Shown here: positions 10,322-23,748 of the stretch, in pieces
Numbering within the stretch: position 1 is the first letter of the stretch
Layout of the letters: each line of letters starts with the position of its first letter
Origin: Azolla caroliniana
Lineage: Eukaryota; Plantae; Polypodiophyta
Length of the DNA stretch: 64,000 nt
Assembly: GCA_043228905.1 (NCBI GenBank)
Contig: JBHGNT010000017.1
Location: forward strand, 14,508,001 to 14,572,000
Direction of reading: 5' to 3'
Translations under genes and position numbers: made by a program
The notes under the pieces: generated by a model
Seen by the model: only the letters and a program-made list of their open reading frames with translations
Databases searched by the model: none
What the model was told of the DNA's origin: nothing

Positions 10322-12707
10322 GTATCGATAGCTGAATTCTCTTCGAATTCCGTTCTGTTGTAGATAACTATTGAAGCCGGAAAAGTATTTTTTTCCGCCA
10401 TTCAACCGTAGGCACTTGATCTTCTTCTCTGTTTCCCGTTCAACCAAGCTTTGAAGGTTCCAGAAACACTCGAAGACTTCACTATTCCTCTCGATGAGGT
10501 AGATCCACGTGTGCCGGTTGTAGTCATCGATGAAGGAGATGAAATACCGACTCCCGCCAAGACTACGTTTTGTGTCGGTCCCCATACATCCGAATGGATT
10601 AGGTCGAGCTTGTTATGGCTCCGGTTTCATTTGGTGGGGAATGGAAATGGAACTTGGTGTTGCTTCCCGAGTTGGCAAGCTTCACAAATTTCGGCTTTCC
10701 GGACGCTAAATTTCAGCAAATTGAAAACAACTTGTTTCGATTTAGGTCCTGAAGCCTCCGGTAATTGACGTGACCGATCCGCTTATGCCAGAGATTGATG
10801 TCTGATTCAATCTTCTATCCTTTGGCAAACATGGGGGTGCCGACGTCATTAGTGTTGAGGATGAACATCCTCCCTTCTTTGGGCCCTTGTGCAATTATCC
10901 GGCCTTCTTCCTCGATGAAGCACTCGAGGTGCGTAAACCGCACCTGCATTCCCCGGTCGACGATTTGTTTGATCGATACCAGGTTCTTTGTGATAGTCGG
11001 AACGTGTAGTACGTTCATCAGCTTCCCCTTTTGTCTGAAATGGCTTAAAGGGACTTCTCCGACATGCACAATCGGGTGAGGGGTGTCGTCTCCGGTTTCG
11101 ACAATCCTCGGTTGTTCCGGGTTCTCCGAAAAAGAGAACCACTCTTCATGGCTCGTCATGTGCTTGGACGCTCTGGAATCAACGTACCATATTTCTTCTG
11201 ATTTGGAAGTAGTCTCCTTGATCAGGTTTGCCTTGTGTCTCATCATGAAGGCTGACCCTTTCCTGGCCTTCTTGGTTCTGGATCCTTCTAATCCTTCTGC
11301 ATAGTGCGAGCTTTGCCGGTTTTGCCGGATTCGGATTTGTCCGAATCGGCGCGCTTCTTCTGGCACTCGCTTTCCATGTGGCCTTTCTTGCCATAGTACC
11401 AGCATTCCGTGTTGGCCTTTTGTTACCAGTTCCTAGTGCTTGTTTGACTCCCCCTACTTGTGGAGGGTCCGGAACTACTGTCGGCACTATCTCTGTGCCT
11501 TCTGTCCTGCTCTTGCCGAACGCCTCCATTGCGTGCCAACCCACCTCATCCTCCACGTCCACGGGGCCAATCCAACTACGTGTACAACATCCGACTGTCC
11601 GATTGAGTGGTCCTCAACCCACTCGTGTGGTCTTCTTTGACCATCAACATTGATTGTAAGCCGAAGAAGGACAATGGCTTCTCTTGAGTGCAGATCGTTG
11701 TTCGGATTGGCCCGTACCTTTGCACTAGACCATCGAGGCAGATTTGTACCATCTCGTCTTTGTCCACCGTCACGTTCATGGACCGAGTGCATCAGAAATC
11801 TCCTTTATATTGGTGTGTAATCTGTAACCGACATGTCTCTTTGCCGAATGTTGTTCAGCTCTTGTCAGAGCTGCAACTTATGGGTTGTGGTACTTGCGGC
11901 GAAAATCTTCAGATTTCCCCAGGCATCCTTCGGCGTTTTTGCATCCTTTATGTAGCCAAGCATCTGGTCGTGCACACAAGACGCGAGGCAGTACAATACT
12001 CAGGTCGGTCCTTGCTCCCATACTGGGAAGTCCTCGTGTGCCGGCTCCGGCGCTACCTCGTTCGTTCCTTCCACGAAGCTCCAATATCCATGCCCCAATA
12101 GGTATTGGTGCATCTTGTATGACTAGGACGCGTAGTTGCTCCGGTCGAGCTTCTCTGTTGGAAGTGAACTCTCCATTCCTTTGTCCATATCTTCTCTATG
12201 TTTGTTGTTATCGGTGTCGTGATGTGGCGTGCTCGAGAGTGGGAAAAACCGGCGAAAGGGGGGGGGTCAAAAATGTGCATGTGCAATGTGTGTACACACA
12301 AAAGCGATTAATTGTGCATATGCAAAATAAAAAGGAAAAGAAAGGGTGAAAAGGTATAGAAGCTTGTGCAAAAAGTAAGAGAGAGGAGAGATAAAAGGTA
12401 GAGGGGAGACAGGCTATAAATTTATAGAGATAGAATTATATATTATATAAGAGAGAGTTAGTGGGCTAGTGGATAGTCACATTGACTACTAGCTAGAGGT
12501 ACACGGTTTGAACTTGGACTTACAGTGCAACGTGATTTAAGGAATTTTATTCCTTTTTCATTGAAGACAAATTTGGCGACCTCCCCTTCTTTTTTTTCCT
12601 ATAAAAGGAGGTCGAGGGGGCCTCATTCGGGAGGACGTTTTGGGAGGAGGAGACTATCGCCAATTTTCTTTTGAAGCTCTTCATCTCCTTATTCACCACT
12701 TCTCTTA

Positions 12708-15700
12708 TGTTGAGCGGCAAGCTCAACCGGAGTCGGATCGGCTGAATAAGCCGGAGCCGGTAAGCGAGACGGATCGGGTGAAACGGATCGGTATGACGGT
12801 GAGCAACCGAACCGGCAAGCAGTGGAGGCCGGGTGCAATCCGTAACCGGAAGTCCAATCGGAAGCCTAGTATAGGATAGACTACTAGGTATCTATAGTCT
12901 CGTAGTAAGTGTCAGATGCTCGTGTGAGCATTGAAGTACATGGTACTTCTGTCGGTCCCAAGAGGACTTGTATAAATAGTGCTACTTAGCACAGTGTGTG
13001 TACAAAGTCTTGATATAATTTTGAAATTGTGTTCTGCTCTCTCTCTGTCTCTGTGTGTGTGTGTGTGTGTTGTTCTCTGTTTTACGCTTCCGCAAACACT
13101 TACGTTTACATGGTATCAGAGCGCGAGGGTTGAGAACCTCTACTGCAAACATTTACTCTTGAGAAGAAAACCCTAACAGGTCGAAAACAGACACAGTAGA
13201 AGACATGGATAGAGGCATGGCTACGTCGCTCCCGGTGGAGAAGCTCGACAGGAGCAACTACGCATCCTGGTCTTACAAGATGCACCAGTACCTGCTTGGA
13301 CACGGGTACTGGAGTTATGTCGAAGGAGCGAATGATGCGGCGCCCGACTCTGCACACAAGGACTTCCCGGTATGGGAACAGGCGGCAAGCATGGTGATGT
13401 ACTGCTTCGCGTCCAGTGTCGGCGATCAGCTGCTCAGCCACATCCGTGATGCCAAGACACCGAAGGATGCTTGGGGGAACCTAAAAAAGGTTTTCGCCGC
13501 AAGCACCACTGCCCGGAAGCTGCAACTCAGACATGAGTTGAGCAATGTTCGACAGAAGAACATGTCCGTGGCAGACTACACGAGCCGGATAAAGGAGATC
13601 TGCGACTCGCTCGCCTCTATCAATGTTACCGTAGAGGAAGACGAGATGGTGCAGGTATGTCTCGGAGGCCTGGCGTCCAAGTTCAAAGCGTTCCGGATTG
13701 TGGTTTGTACAAGGGAGAATACCCCCTCATTCTTTGACTTACAGTCGATGCTCCTTGTAGAGGAGAACCACGCCGGTGCATCTACCAGTGCATCCCCGGA
13801 TAGCCGAATGTTGTACACGGGAACGGATCGGTTCCGTGGGCGTGGTGGAAGAGGTGGGTCGGCACGCAATGGAGGCGGCCGGCAAGAGCAAGAACGAAGG
13901 CACTATGAGCGTGCCGACAGCAGTTCCGGGACTTCCACAAGCAGGGGGAGTCAAGGCGGTGCCGGAGGCCGGCAAGACAAATCCGCTACGGAATGTTGGT
14001 ACTGTGGAAAAAAGGCCACACGGAAAGCGAGTGCTGGAGAAAGCGTGCCGATTCGGACAAATCCGGATCCGGCAAGACCGGTAAGGATGGCCGACAAAAC
14101 TCGCACTACGCAAACGGATCAGGAGGATCCGGAACCGGAAAGGCCGGTAATGGGCCAGCCTTGGTGATGAATCACAAGGCAAACTCAATGAAGAAGACCA
14201 CTTCCAAAATGGAGGAAGTGTGGTATGTTGATTCCGGCGCGTCGAACCACATGACGAGCCACAAAGAGTGGTTCTCCTTTCTGGAGAAACCGGATCAACC
14301 AGGAGTAGTCGAAACCGGAGACGACACTCCTCACCCAATCGTGCACGTAGGAGAAGTCCCTCTAAGCCACGTCGGACAAAAAGGGAAGCTGATGAACGTA
14401 TTACACGTTCCGACAATCACGAAGAACTTGGTGTCCGTCGGTCAGATTGTCGACCAGGGGATGCAGGTGCGGTTTACGCACCTCGGGTGCTTCATTGAGG
14501 ATGAGGGCGAAGTCATTGCGCAGAGACGGGAGGATGTTTATCCTCAACACTAATGACTTTGGCACCGCTCTGTTCGCGAAACGACAGAAGGTCGAGTCGG
14601 ACATCGACCTGTGGCACAAGCGGATAGGCCACGTCAACTACCGGAGGCTTCAAGACCTGCAAACGAAACAAGTCGTTTTCGGTTTGCCGAAGTTCAGCGG
14701 CCGGAGAGCCGAAATTTGTGAAGCCTGCCAACTTGGGAAGCAACACCGGCTTCCATTCCCCACCGAACGGAACCGAAGCCGTAACAAGCTCGATCTCATC
14801 CATTCGGATGTGTGGGGACCGGCACAAAGTGTAAGCCTTGGCGGGAGCCGATACTTCGTCTCCTTCATCGACGACTATACTCGACATACTTGGATCTACC
14901 TCATTGAGCGGAAGAGCGAAGTCTTCGACTATTTCCGGAGCCTCCAGAAGATGGTGGAACGGGAATCGGAGAGGAAGATCAAATGCCTTCGGTTGGATGG
15001 CGGAAAGGAATATTTTTCCGGCCAATTCACTAGTTATCTGCAGCAGAAGGGAATTCGGCGAGAGTTCAGCTGCAGATACACACCGGAGCAAAATGGTGTG
15101 GCCGAAAGGAAGAACCGGACACTCGTCAAAGCGGCAAGGACAATGCTGGAGGAGAAGAGCATGCCCCGGTTCTACTGGGCGGAGGCGGTCCGGACGGCCA
15201 TCTACATACAAAACCGCATTGGTGACAAGGTGTCAACTCATGAGCTGTATTTCGGGCGCAAGCCGAACTTAAGACACCTTCGGATATTCGGCAGCATAGC
15301 GTATGTGCATGTGCCGGATCAGAAGCGGAGAAAGCTGGATGCAAAATCGGAAAAATGCATCCTAGTCGGCTATGCTCAAGAGCAAAAGGGGTATAAGTGC
15401 TATAACCCCCGGACGAAGGAAGTCCGAGTTAGTCGGGATGTCGAGTTCGATGAATCGGCATCCTGGTACTCCGTACCGACTCCGACTTCCGATCCCGACC
15501 CAATGTCGGAAGATCAGGCCAGTGAGCCTGAATCAGCCCTGGCAGAGGATGATGAAGCCGGGACTCAAGATGAGAGCCGGAATCGTTACGGTTGAGTGGA
15601 CCGAACGAGCGACTGAGTCGGTTAGACCGGTCAGATGAAGAGACGGCAAGTGGTGGAGACTCTGTCGTGCTCTCCCCACGCAAGGAACCGAGGAAACAGT

Positions 15701-18557
15701 TCACGCGCAAAGAGAAGGGGAAGAGGAAGATGCCGGAATTCGAAACCGGCAACGATGAGTCGGATCGGTGCGTATCCGACTCCGGAAAGGAGAAAGGCGG
15801 ATCTTCGGCAACGAAGACCGAACTGGCCAAGAAGGGCCTCAAATCAGGTGACGGTGCGTTGCGCCGATCAACCCGCCAGAAGGATCCCGTCATGCGGTAC
15901 GGGTACAATGAATACATGGCGCATCATTATGCGTACATGACTAAGTTGACAGAAGTGCGTGAGCCGGAGAGCTACGCAGAAGCGGCAAAGGACGCAAATT
16001 GGCGTGCCGCTATGGACGAAGAAATGCGGGCACTCGATGCCAACGAAACTTGGGACCTAGTTGATCCTCCCCGTCACTGTAAACCGATCGGATGCAAGTG
16101 GGTGTACAAGGTCAAGTACAACGCTGACGGTTCTGTTAACCGGTACAAAGCCCGGTTAGTGGCAAAGGGATACGCGCAGACCCACGGAATCGACTATGAC
16201 GAGACCTTCGCTCCTGTGGCGAAGATGACGACGGTTCGTGTGGTACTGGCGGTTGCTGCGGCAAGGGGGTGGCGTCTTCACCAGATGGATGTGAAGAACG
16301 CCTTCCTTCAAGGAAAGCTTGAAGAAGAAGTCTTTATGACTCAGCCCCCCGGATTTCAATCGGAGATGAACAAGTCGGCGGTATGCCGACTGAAGAAGTC
16401 GCTTTACGGCTTGAAGCAAGCCCCCCGAGCTTGGAACGCGAAGATCACGCACCGGTTGCGTAAGCTGGGGTTTGCTGTCTCTAAGTCAGACTCTTCGTTG
16501 TTCATCTGGTAAGGCTCTGACGGTCCGGTATGTATACTCTTGTATGTGGATGATTTAGTCATCACCGGATCGGGTCTTCCCGAAATCAACCGCGTCAAGT
16601 CCCAGTTGTCGGACGCATTCGAAATGAAGGACCTGGGGGACCTTCATTATTTTCTTGGGATCGAAGTGATCCGGACTCCTGACGGCATATTGCTCTCACA
16701 ACGACATTACGTGTTGAATATGCTGTATAAGTTCGGCATGACGGATTGCCGACCTGTCTCCACACCCCAGGACCGGAACCAGAAGCTCCGTCCCAACTCC
16801 GGACCGGCCTGCAATGAGAAACGGTTCCGATAGGTTGTCGGAAGCCTGATCTACTTAACCATCACCCGACCCGACATCAGCTATCCGGTCGGCATGGTAA
16901 GTCAGTTCATGCAGAACCGACCGTGGAGCACCTTCAGTGCGCGCAACGAATATTACGGTATGTCAGCAGCACTAAGGACCGGGGACTGTTATACCAACGA
17001 GGTATACCCGAAGAGCTTGTCGGTTACACAGATGCTGACTGGGCCGGTGATGCGTCTGATCGCCGCTCCACTTCCGGATACATGTTCTCCATAGGTAGCG
17101 GGGACGTTCCGTGGAGCAGCAAGAAGCAGCCCACAATGGCTTTGTCAAGCACTGAGGCTGAGTACCGGGCCGCTACCGTTGCCACTTGTGAAGCCATCTG
17201 GCTTCGGCGACTGCTGCGAGACTTGCGGATCGAGGTACCGACCCCGATCCCGATTTACTGCGATAACATGAGCAGCCTGCAGCTCACCAGGAACCCTGTG
17301 TTCCATGCTCGCACAAAGCACATCGAGGTGCACTACCACTTCGTGCGTGAGCGGGTCCTGAGCGCTGAAGTTGACCTACGGTATGTTCATATGGATCGGC
17401 AAGTTGCCGACATCTTCACCAAGCCGCTCGGATCGGACAAGTTGCAGCACTTTACCGACATGCTTAGTATTCAGCATCTCGACGTGCCGCACTTGAGGGG
17501 GAGAAGCAAGGGCAAAGTCTCTACCGAAACGGGCAAAGGCCAAAAAACTGTTGAACCCGTCGGTAAGAGGAGAGCCGGAAGAAGAGGAGACAAGAAGATG
17601 AAGGAAGTCGAGTCGACGAAGGGAGTCGACACATCCGAATAGGTCGGAGCAAGCGGTTGTGAAGAAGAGTTGTGCACTCAGGAAGAGAAGTGCATGTTGT
17701 GCGGAGGTCATCACGACGGTACTGACCATGATGCGGAGTCGAATGAAGAATTCGATTTCGGTTCACCGGCTGAAGAAGTTGAGGGAAGCATGGAGAAGGC
17801 CAAGACTCAGAAGTGGTCCGATGTGGTGAGAGGCCTGAAGCCGGAAGTCGAATCGGAATGTACCGATTCAGACAAGAGTTGGAACGAGTCGGAGACAGCT
17901 GACTCGTATCAACAGATGGATCCGGATGAGTCGGATCGACTGAAGGCCAAGGGGACACGGACACAGCGGAAGTCGATGCCATCGTGGGAGAACTGACGGA
18001 TCAGCAAGCGCCGGAGTCACAATAACGTGAGTGCTGAGATGGGCCTATTGAGCAGACATGCCGACCGAGAGGGTCGAGGCGCGCAGAACCAAAGGGGTCG
18101 CGGCAAACGGGACCGGACCGGACGAGGAGCGCGAGCAAGGCGGAGTGACGCCAGGAGAAGTCGGTTGGAAGAACCGACTGTCACAGAGGTCAACACTACG
18201 ACCCCACCTCAGGTTGACCTTGAGGGGGAGTGTTGAGCAGCAAGCTCAACTAGAGCCGGATCGGCTGAATAAGCCGGAGCCGGTAAGCGAGACAGATCGA
18301 GCGAAACGGATCGGTATGACGGTGAGCAACCGAACCAGCAAGCAGTGGAGGCCGGGTGCAATCCGTAACCGGAAGTCCAATCGGAAGCCTAGTATAGGAT
18401 AGACTACTAGGTAGCTATAGTCTCGTAGTAAGTGTCAGATGCTCATGTGAGCATTGAAGTACATGGTACTTCTGTCAGTCCCAAGAGGACTTGTATAAAT
18501 AGTGCTACTTAGCACAGTGTGTGTACAGAGTCTTGATATAATTTTGAAATTGTGTTC

Positions 18558-18594
<37 letters not shown>

Positions 18595-18633
18595 GTTCTC
18601 TGTTTTACGCTTCCGCAAACACTTACGTTTACA
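12708..18633 (+). mobile_element. Ty1/copia family A element A2; full length, defective
   Basis: LTRs at 12708-13110 and 18231-18633 (about 97% alike by eye). PBS TGGTATCAGAGC (tRNA-iMet) at 13111. PPT at 18220-18230. gag-PR-INT-RT-RH with frameshifts and stops. Confidence 0.96.
13205..18236 (+). pseudogene. A2 gag-pol polyprotein with a C-terminal extension
   Basis: ORF pieces 13205-14167, 13993-14553, 14447-15595, 15592-16512, 16540-16833, 16923-17642, 17670-17996 and 18027-18236 carry Gag, zinc knuckle, DSGAS, HSDVWGP, QNGVAER, YVDDL and DADWAG motifs. Confidence 0.92.
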
Positions 18634-19024
18634 TTCATCTTATACCCCTTCATCCCCCCATCGCCATGTGTTCATCTTCTTCGCGTCGGCACTTGAGGTG
18701 CTCGTGAGCCCAAGCTTCGTTGGTTCGACGTTGCTCCGCCCCGTTCGTCATTTCGAGCCCGTGTGCTCGTTGTTCGGGTGGTCGTGGTTCGTTGGGATTG
18801 GCATTTTGGTGGTGCTCGTGTGTTCATCTTCGCCGTGTTCGGATTTGCTTTTGTCTCTAAGGGCATTTAATATTTATGTTTTGATTGAGTTTGTGGTTAA
18901 CTATAAGTTGCCATTGTAAACAAAACCCTATTTTATAAAGGGTCCTCTTGCATTGGAATCGAACACGTATTTATCTCTTTGGTCGATATCATTCGTGTTT
19001 CATTCTCTCCTTCTTTATTTATTC

Positions 19025-19445
19025 GTGTCTTCCTTGTACGTTCGATTGTCTTGTGACGAGGGGACTGTTCGGGCTTGCCCATGCACCTCTCCTCCTCATA
19101 AAGGCGTACGAGCATTTTGTGCGTGTGTTTGTGTCTTTCTTGTACGTTCGGCCGTCTTGTGACGAGGGGACTGTTCAGGCTTGCCCATGCACCTCTCCTC
19201 CTCATAAAGGCGTACGAGCATTTGTGTGTGTGTTTGTGTCTTCCTTGTACATTCGGCCGTCTTGTGACGAGGGGACCGTTCGGGCTTGTCCATGCACCTC
19301 TCCTCCTCATAAAGGCGTACGAGCATTTGTGCTTGTGTTTTGTGTCTTCCTCATACGTTCGACGTCTTGTGACGAGGGAGCGTTCGGGCGTGCCCATGCA
19401 CCTCCCCTCCTCATAAAGACGTACGGACATTCGTGTTTGTGTTAT
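19025..19445. repeat. Tandem repeat, 4 copies of about 105 bp, inside solo LTR S1
   Basis: Unit GTGTCTTCCTTGTACGTTCG...CATAAAGGCGTACGAGCATTT starts at about 19025, 19131, 19236 and 19342. Confidence 0.92.
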
Positions 19446-20214
19446 CGTCCCCTTGTGCGTTCATGTTGCGTGCTCATCTTGCTTGTACCCGTTTGGTCAC
19501 TTGGCTCATGCGGTGATCTCAAAAGATCGACGAGTCGTGATCAACGAGAGCCACCGGCCTCACAAAACAAAGGGCAACGAGACCTTGCTCGGGAAGGGGT
19601 TGGGAAGTAGTATGCATTTCTTCTCTATCCCTTGAGTACTCCCTAGTCCAAGACCCCCGTGGTTCCGCCCAAGTAACACACGTGCACGAAACTTCGTGAC
19701 ACCGGGTTCTAGGGTTCGTCTACGAAAGCAAGTGTTAGTTGCAGAGGTTCACAACCCTTGCACTCTAATACCCTGTCAATGTTAACGTGGGGAAGCGTTA
19801 GACAAAACTGGATAGCAACAGAGAATAAGATGAAGGTTTTAATGGAGAAGCTTAATACACAAAGAGTATACACAGGAGAGATAGAGAGAGCAGAATGTAA
19901 ACGTATATTCAAAAATAATAAAAACGTATAGAGAGAGCAGAATGTGCTCAGAGAGCACTTTTATACAAGTCCATAAAGGACTGACAGGTACTTCAATATT
20001 CCTACGTGCGACTGACACTAACTACAAGACAATGATTACCTAGTGGTCTAGGCTACTACTAGGCTTCCAGTTTGCGCTCGAATCCGGCTCTCCAATCCAT
20101 CTCCCCGATCCGGATGGTTGTTTTCGGATATCGATCTGGCTCTTGGTTCCGGATACCGATCCGGCTCTGGCTTATTCAGCCGATCCGGATTCGGTTGAGG
20201 TTGCTCGCTCAACA

Positions 20215-23200
20215 GATGTGCTATCACTTCGTTGAGGAAATGGGAGCCTTGATCGCTAGTGATCTCGAGCAGACATCCAAACTGTGTGATGACATTTTCG
20301 TATAGGAACTTGGCGGTGCTACGTGCGTCAGCATTAACACAAGCTTTAGCTTACGTCCACTTGGTAGCATAGTTAGTGGAAGTGATTATGTATCGATTGA
20401 GGTTGGAAGTTGGGCTAATTGGGCCGATAAAGTCGATACCCCATTTCTCGAACAATTGCCAAGCCACTACCGCTTTTAACAGATGTTTGAAATGCTAACA
20501 CTCATCACATCAGCGTACATATTCGTATGTGTCTTTGAATAGTGTTGGCCACCATAGGCCGGACTGGAGGATCTTGCGTATGGTGACCTCGTGATTGAAA
20601 TGACTGCTTCCGCTTCCGCAATGAGCTTGTTCGAGGACGATGATGACATCATGCTCCGTTACACACCTCCGAAGTACATCATCGTTGCCTTTGAGCATCG
20701 TGAAGGGGCCACATTTTCTTAACAAGACACGTGTCTGTGCCCGACTTAGTTGTTTTAGGAAGGACACTCCTTCAGTTAAGACAAGAATGATGTCTGATGC
20801 CCATGATGGTACGGTGTCGATCGTGAATAATGCAGCATCTGACGTACACTAGTATTTGGTCACCTTTGAAGTCCACAAAGTGGGAAAGCACCTCTTCTTC
20901 AACACCGTACTCCCGGTATGAGTCTTCATATTCAGGGGCGTCCCTCCCAACCTGGGTTTGGTTATCAGTGGCGTATTCTAGTTTGGCAAGGCGAGCACCG
21001 ATATGCGGTAGTGGGGGTTGTTGGGGAAGTATTGCTGGTAGTTGTGGGCGGCTAAGCGGTGGGGGTGAGCGTGGGTGCTTGACCATTGGTGTTTGGTTAT
21101 ACCTTCCGTTTGGCGATTGCCAGTAGTTCTCTTGAAAATGCATCACGAAGGCTTTGCACCACTTACAGTATTGCGGCGACCATTGGTGGAGGAGGGGGCA
21201 CTCATGCCCCATGTGATGGCCATAGCACACCATACACCTTACATTTTCTCTTTGGGCATATGCTTGGGGTCTTTCTTTACAGGGTGGTCTCGGTGGCGTG
21301 GCTGGAGTGGGGTCTGAGGGCTTCTCATAGTTGTTCGTAGGCGCTTGAGTGGGCATCCGTAACCCGCTCATTGAATCTTTGAAAGTCATCACTACCGTGC
21401 AAGCTTCAATGAATGACCGACACATCCTGGAAATCAAGAAATTTTGGAGTGTCGGATCAAACAACCCATTGATGAAGTGACTCATCAATTTGTCATCCAA
21501 CATCTTGTCACTCGGGCTACAACGATGGTGAAGGCTTTTCGAGCGGCGTATGTAGTCCCTGACCGTCTCGTCCGCTCCATTTATTCCCTCGACGAGCGAA
21601 GTTTATGAGGAAATCTTCGATGACATACTCGAAGTCTGTGACGATGTCCTCATTCAAGGTCCTAAACCAAATTCTGGCTTGGTCATCGAGTGTAAGTCCG
21701 AATTCTGGCTTTGGTGGTCTCTGTGAGGGGCTCATAAGATCGACATATCTGCTTGAACCTCTCTACATGATCATAGGAATCACCGAAACCGAGAAAACGG
21801 GGTACTAGTTTAGAAATGGAAGCACTCTTCTCGATGTCGTTTGTGGGGTTTCTCGCATTGTCCGTGGGTGCTCGGTCTTTTTCCATCAATGCCACGAGGG
21901 TTTGAATGGATTGTAATGCTAGTGCGAGTTCGGTGTTCGGGGGTGCTGAGGTAGTGTGGTCGGGTGTAGGGGTCGTGTCCATATGTGGCGGTGTCGAGTG
22001 TCGTTGCGTGTGTGCTTCGTTTGGGCTGTCGCCCATTGTGCTCGAATGCGGTGCAGGGCTGGGTTCACAGCCTCGACAGTGCATATGTGACGATATTTCT
22101 AGGAGGTGAAGTTTTTGTTGCACTCGCGCGAACTTGTCTTTCCTTTCTGCCAAAGCGGCTTCAATATCTCGGGTGATGATTTCTGGTTGTCCCCCTTTCA
22201 CGAGTTGCATCGTCCATATATTGATTTCTTGTTCTATCACACGTAACTCCTGCGAGGCATCCTGTATGTGTCGCTCTACGCTGAGTGGGTTTGCCATTGG
22301 GCTCTCCTATAGTGGGGGTGTGTTGAGAGGTGCTTTAGTTGCTGCACTTGATGGGAGGTTCATGTTTAGTAGTGTCCCCGGGGTTTAACCACCCTCTGTG
22401 GTATCGAGTCAGGTTAGATGAGTCAACACCGTGTGTTTGGTTGGTTTGTGTGGACTCCTCCTCGCGTGTGGGTCGGGTTTTGAACATCTTCGTCCATGAG
22501 GATCCGGCCATGTTCTCTTGTCAAGCTTTGCGGGTTCGTCAAAAGATGATCTTTCGTCAAACTTTGTGGGTTTGGCAAACTTTGATCTTTCGTCGAAAGA
22601 TGCTCCCCTTATCGAACTTTGATCTTTTGACGAAGGAGGATCTTTCATCGAAAGATGGTCTCTTGTCGAAAGATGTGGGTTTGGCAAACTTTGACCATTC
22701 GTCAAAGGATGTGGGTTCGTCGAACTTTGATCTTTCGTCGAAGGATGTGGGTTCGTCGAAAGATGATCTTTCGTCGAACTTTGTGGGTTTGGCAAACTTT
22801 GATCATTCATCGAACTTTGAGCGGGAAATTTGAATTTTTTGACGTCAACAGTTGTTTCGTGTCCCGTAGGATGATCGTAATCAGCGAGAATCACGGTGAT
22901 CACTTTTTCCCTGCAACGGCTAAATCTCACAAATGCTTAGCGTTAACCAGACAAATAGTTTGCTAATGTCCGGGCGATTAAGGGGGAGAAAATTAAAACT
23001 TAAAAAAAACAGAAAATTAACTTAATGAAAAGGTGTAGTGAAAATTTTAATTAACATGGTTTCCTTTCGATTTCTTCCCTCATTAAGTGGGTTGCCTACG
23101 AGTGTTTGATCACTCCAAGTCAGCTTCAAGCGTCAGTCGTATTCCCGGCAGCGACGCCAAGTAGATGTGTAGGATCTATGTATAGATGGAGTTAACTCCT

Positions 23201-23748
23201 CGATGTCATTCACGGAGTTCGTACCGGCGTATACCCTTTTGATGGCGAATCGGGCGGAGATGGTTGTCGGACACCTCCGAGCCTCACACTCACTTAACGA
23301 TTTGTAGATGATTAAGCACGATATCTCTCTCACTCTCTCAAGCTCGCTCTGATAGACAATAGGGTAATGAAGGTAGACAATAAGAGTAATGAATATGTTT
23401 ATTAACCCTCTTTGCTAAGAGGTCTAGCACCAACAAGGAAGAAAGATTAGTGTTCTCTAACTAAACACCTCACTAATCTCTCTTAAGCTTAAAGGTTACA
23501 AGAAGGAAGAGAGGAAGCTCTAGCTCTTAATCAATAGGGAGATCTTTACAAATGGAAGAACCCTTACAAAGCCACCACCATGTGGTTTATATAGCATTTA
23601 CATTTAGCGTGTGGACCTTTCACACTTGGATGTCCCTTAGCCCTCTTTCCTCTTGCCATTCCCTCTTCATAGGTCCTTTAGCCATACTATGTCCTTGTTG
23701 ATGCGCTCTTCTTCATTACCGGTCGTGGTGTGATCCAAGCGCTTAACA
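20215..23748 (-). mobile_element. Ty3/gypsy relic G2 (Athila-like): 5' LTR, tRNA-Asp PBS, gag, deletion of PR-RT, integrase N-half
   Basis: LTR at about 23166-23748 (TG...CA). PBS TGGCGTCGCTGCCGGG at 23159-23144. Gag fragments at 20772-22297 (HFINGL, CMVCYGHH). Integrase H-H-C-C region (AHCG..HF..WWPTLFKD) and WGIDFIGP. Confidence 0.85.
22520..22820. repeat. Degenerate short tandem repeats (about 18-bp modules) in the G2 5' UTR
   Basis: Recurrent GATCTTTCGTCGAA and TGTGGGTTTGGCAAACTTT blocks. Confidence 0.85.

Larger units (their letters stand above)
12215..19701. mobile_element. Large solo LTR S1 (about 1.56 kb net; TGTC...GACA), itself interrupted by copia A2
   Basis: TGTCGTGA start and CGTGACA end, flanked by TCGG/CCGG (4-bp TSD, one transition). 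Removing it restores the A-family 5' UTR (compare 57340-57360). Confidence 0.7.
10322..20214 (-). mobile_element. Ty1/copia family A element A1; degenerate; 3' half missing; 5' UTR interrupted by insertions
   Basis: 5' LTR at 19774-20214, degenerate Met PBS at 19762-19773, gag ATG at 12188 (MDKG...KLDRSNYAS), PR, then integrase up to the B1 insertion point at 10322. Confidence 0.85.

Noticed and set aside
12572-12585. PBS-like TTTGGCGACC
   Set aside because: Not directly preceded by an identifiable LTR end, and it lies inside solo LTR S1.
18933-19610. Repetitive ORFs and a CRISPR-like look of the 105-bp array
   Set aside because: Head-to-tail tandem units with no unique spacers and no cas genes, in a eukaryotic context. 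The ORFs arise from the repeat period.
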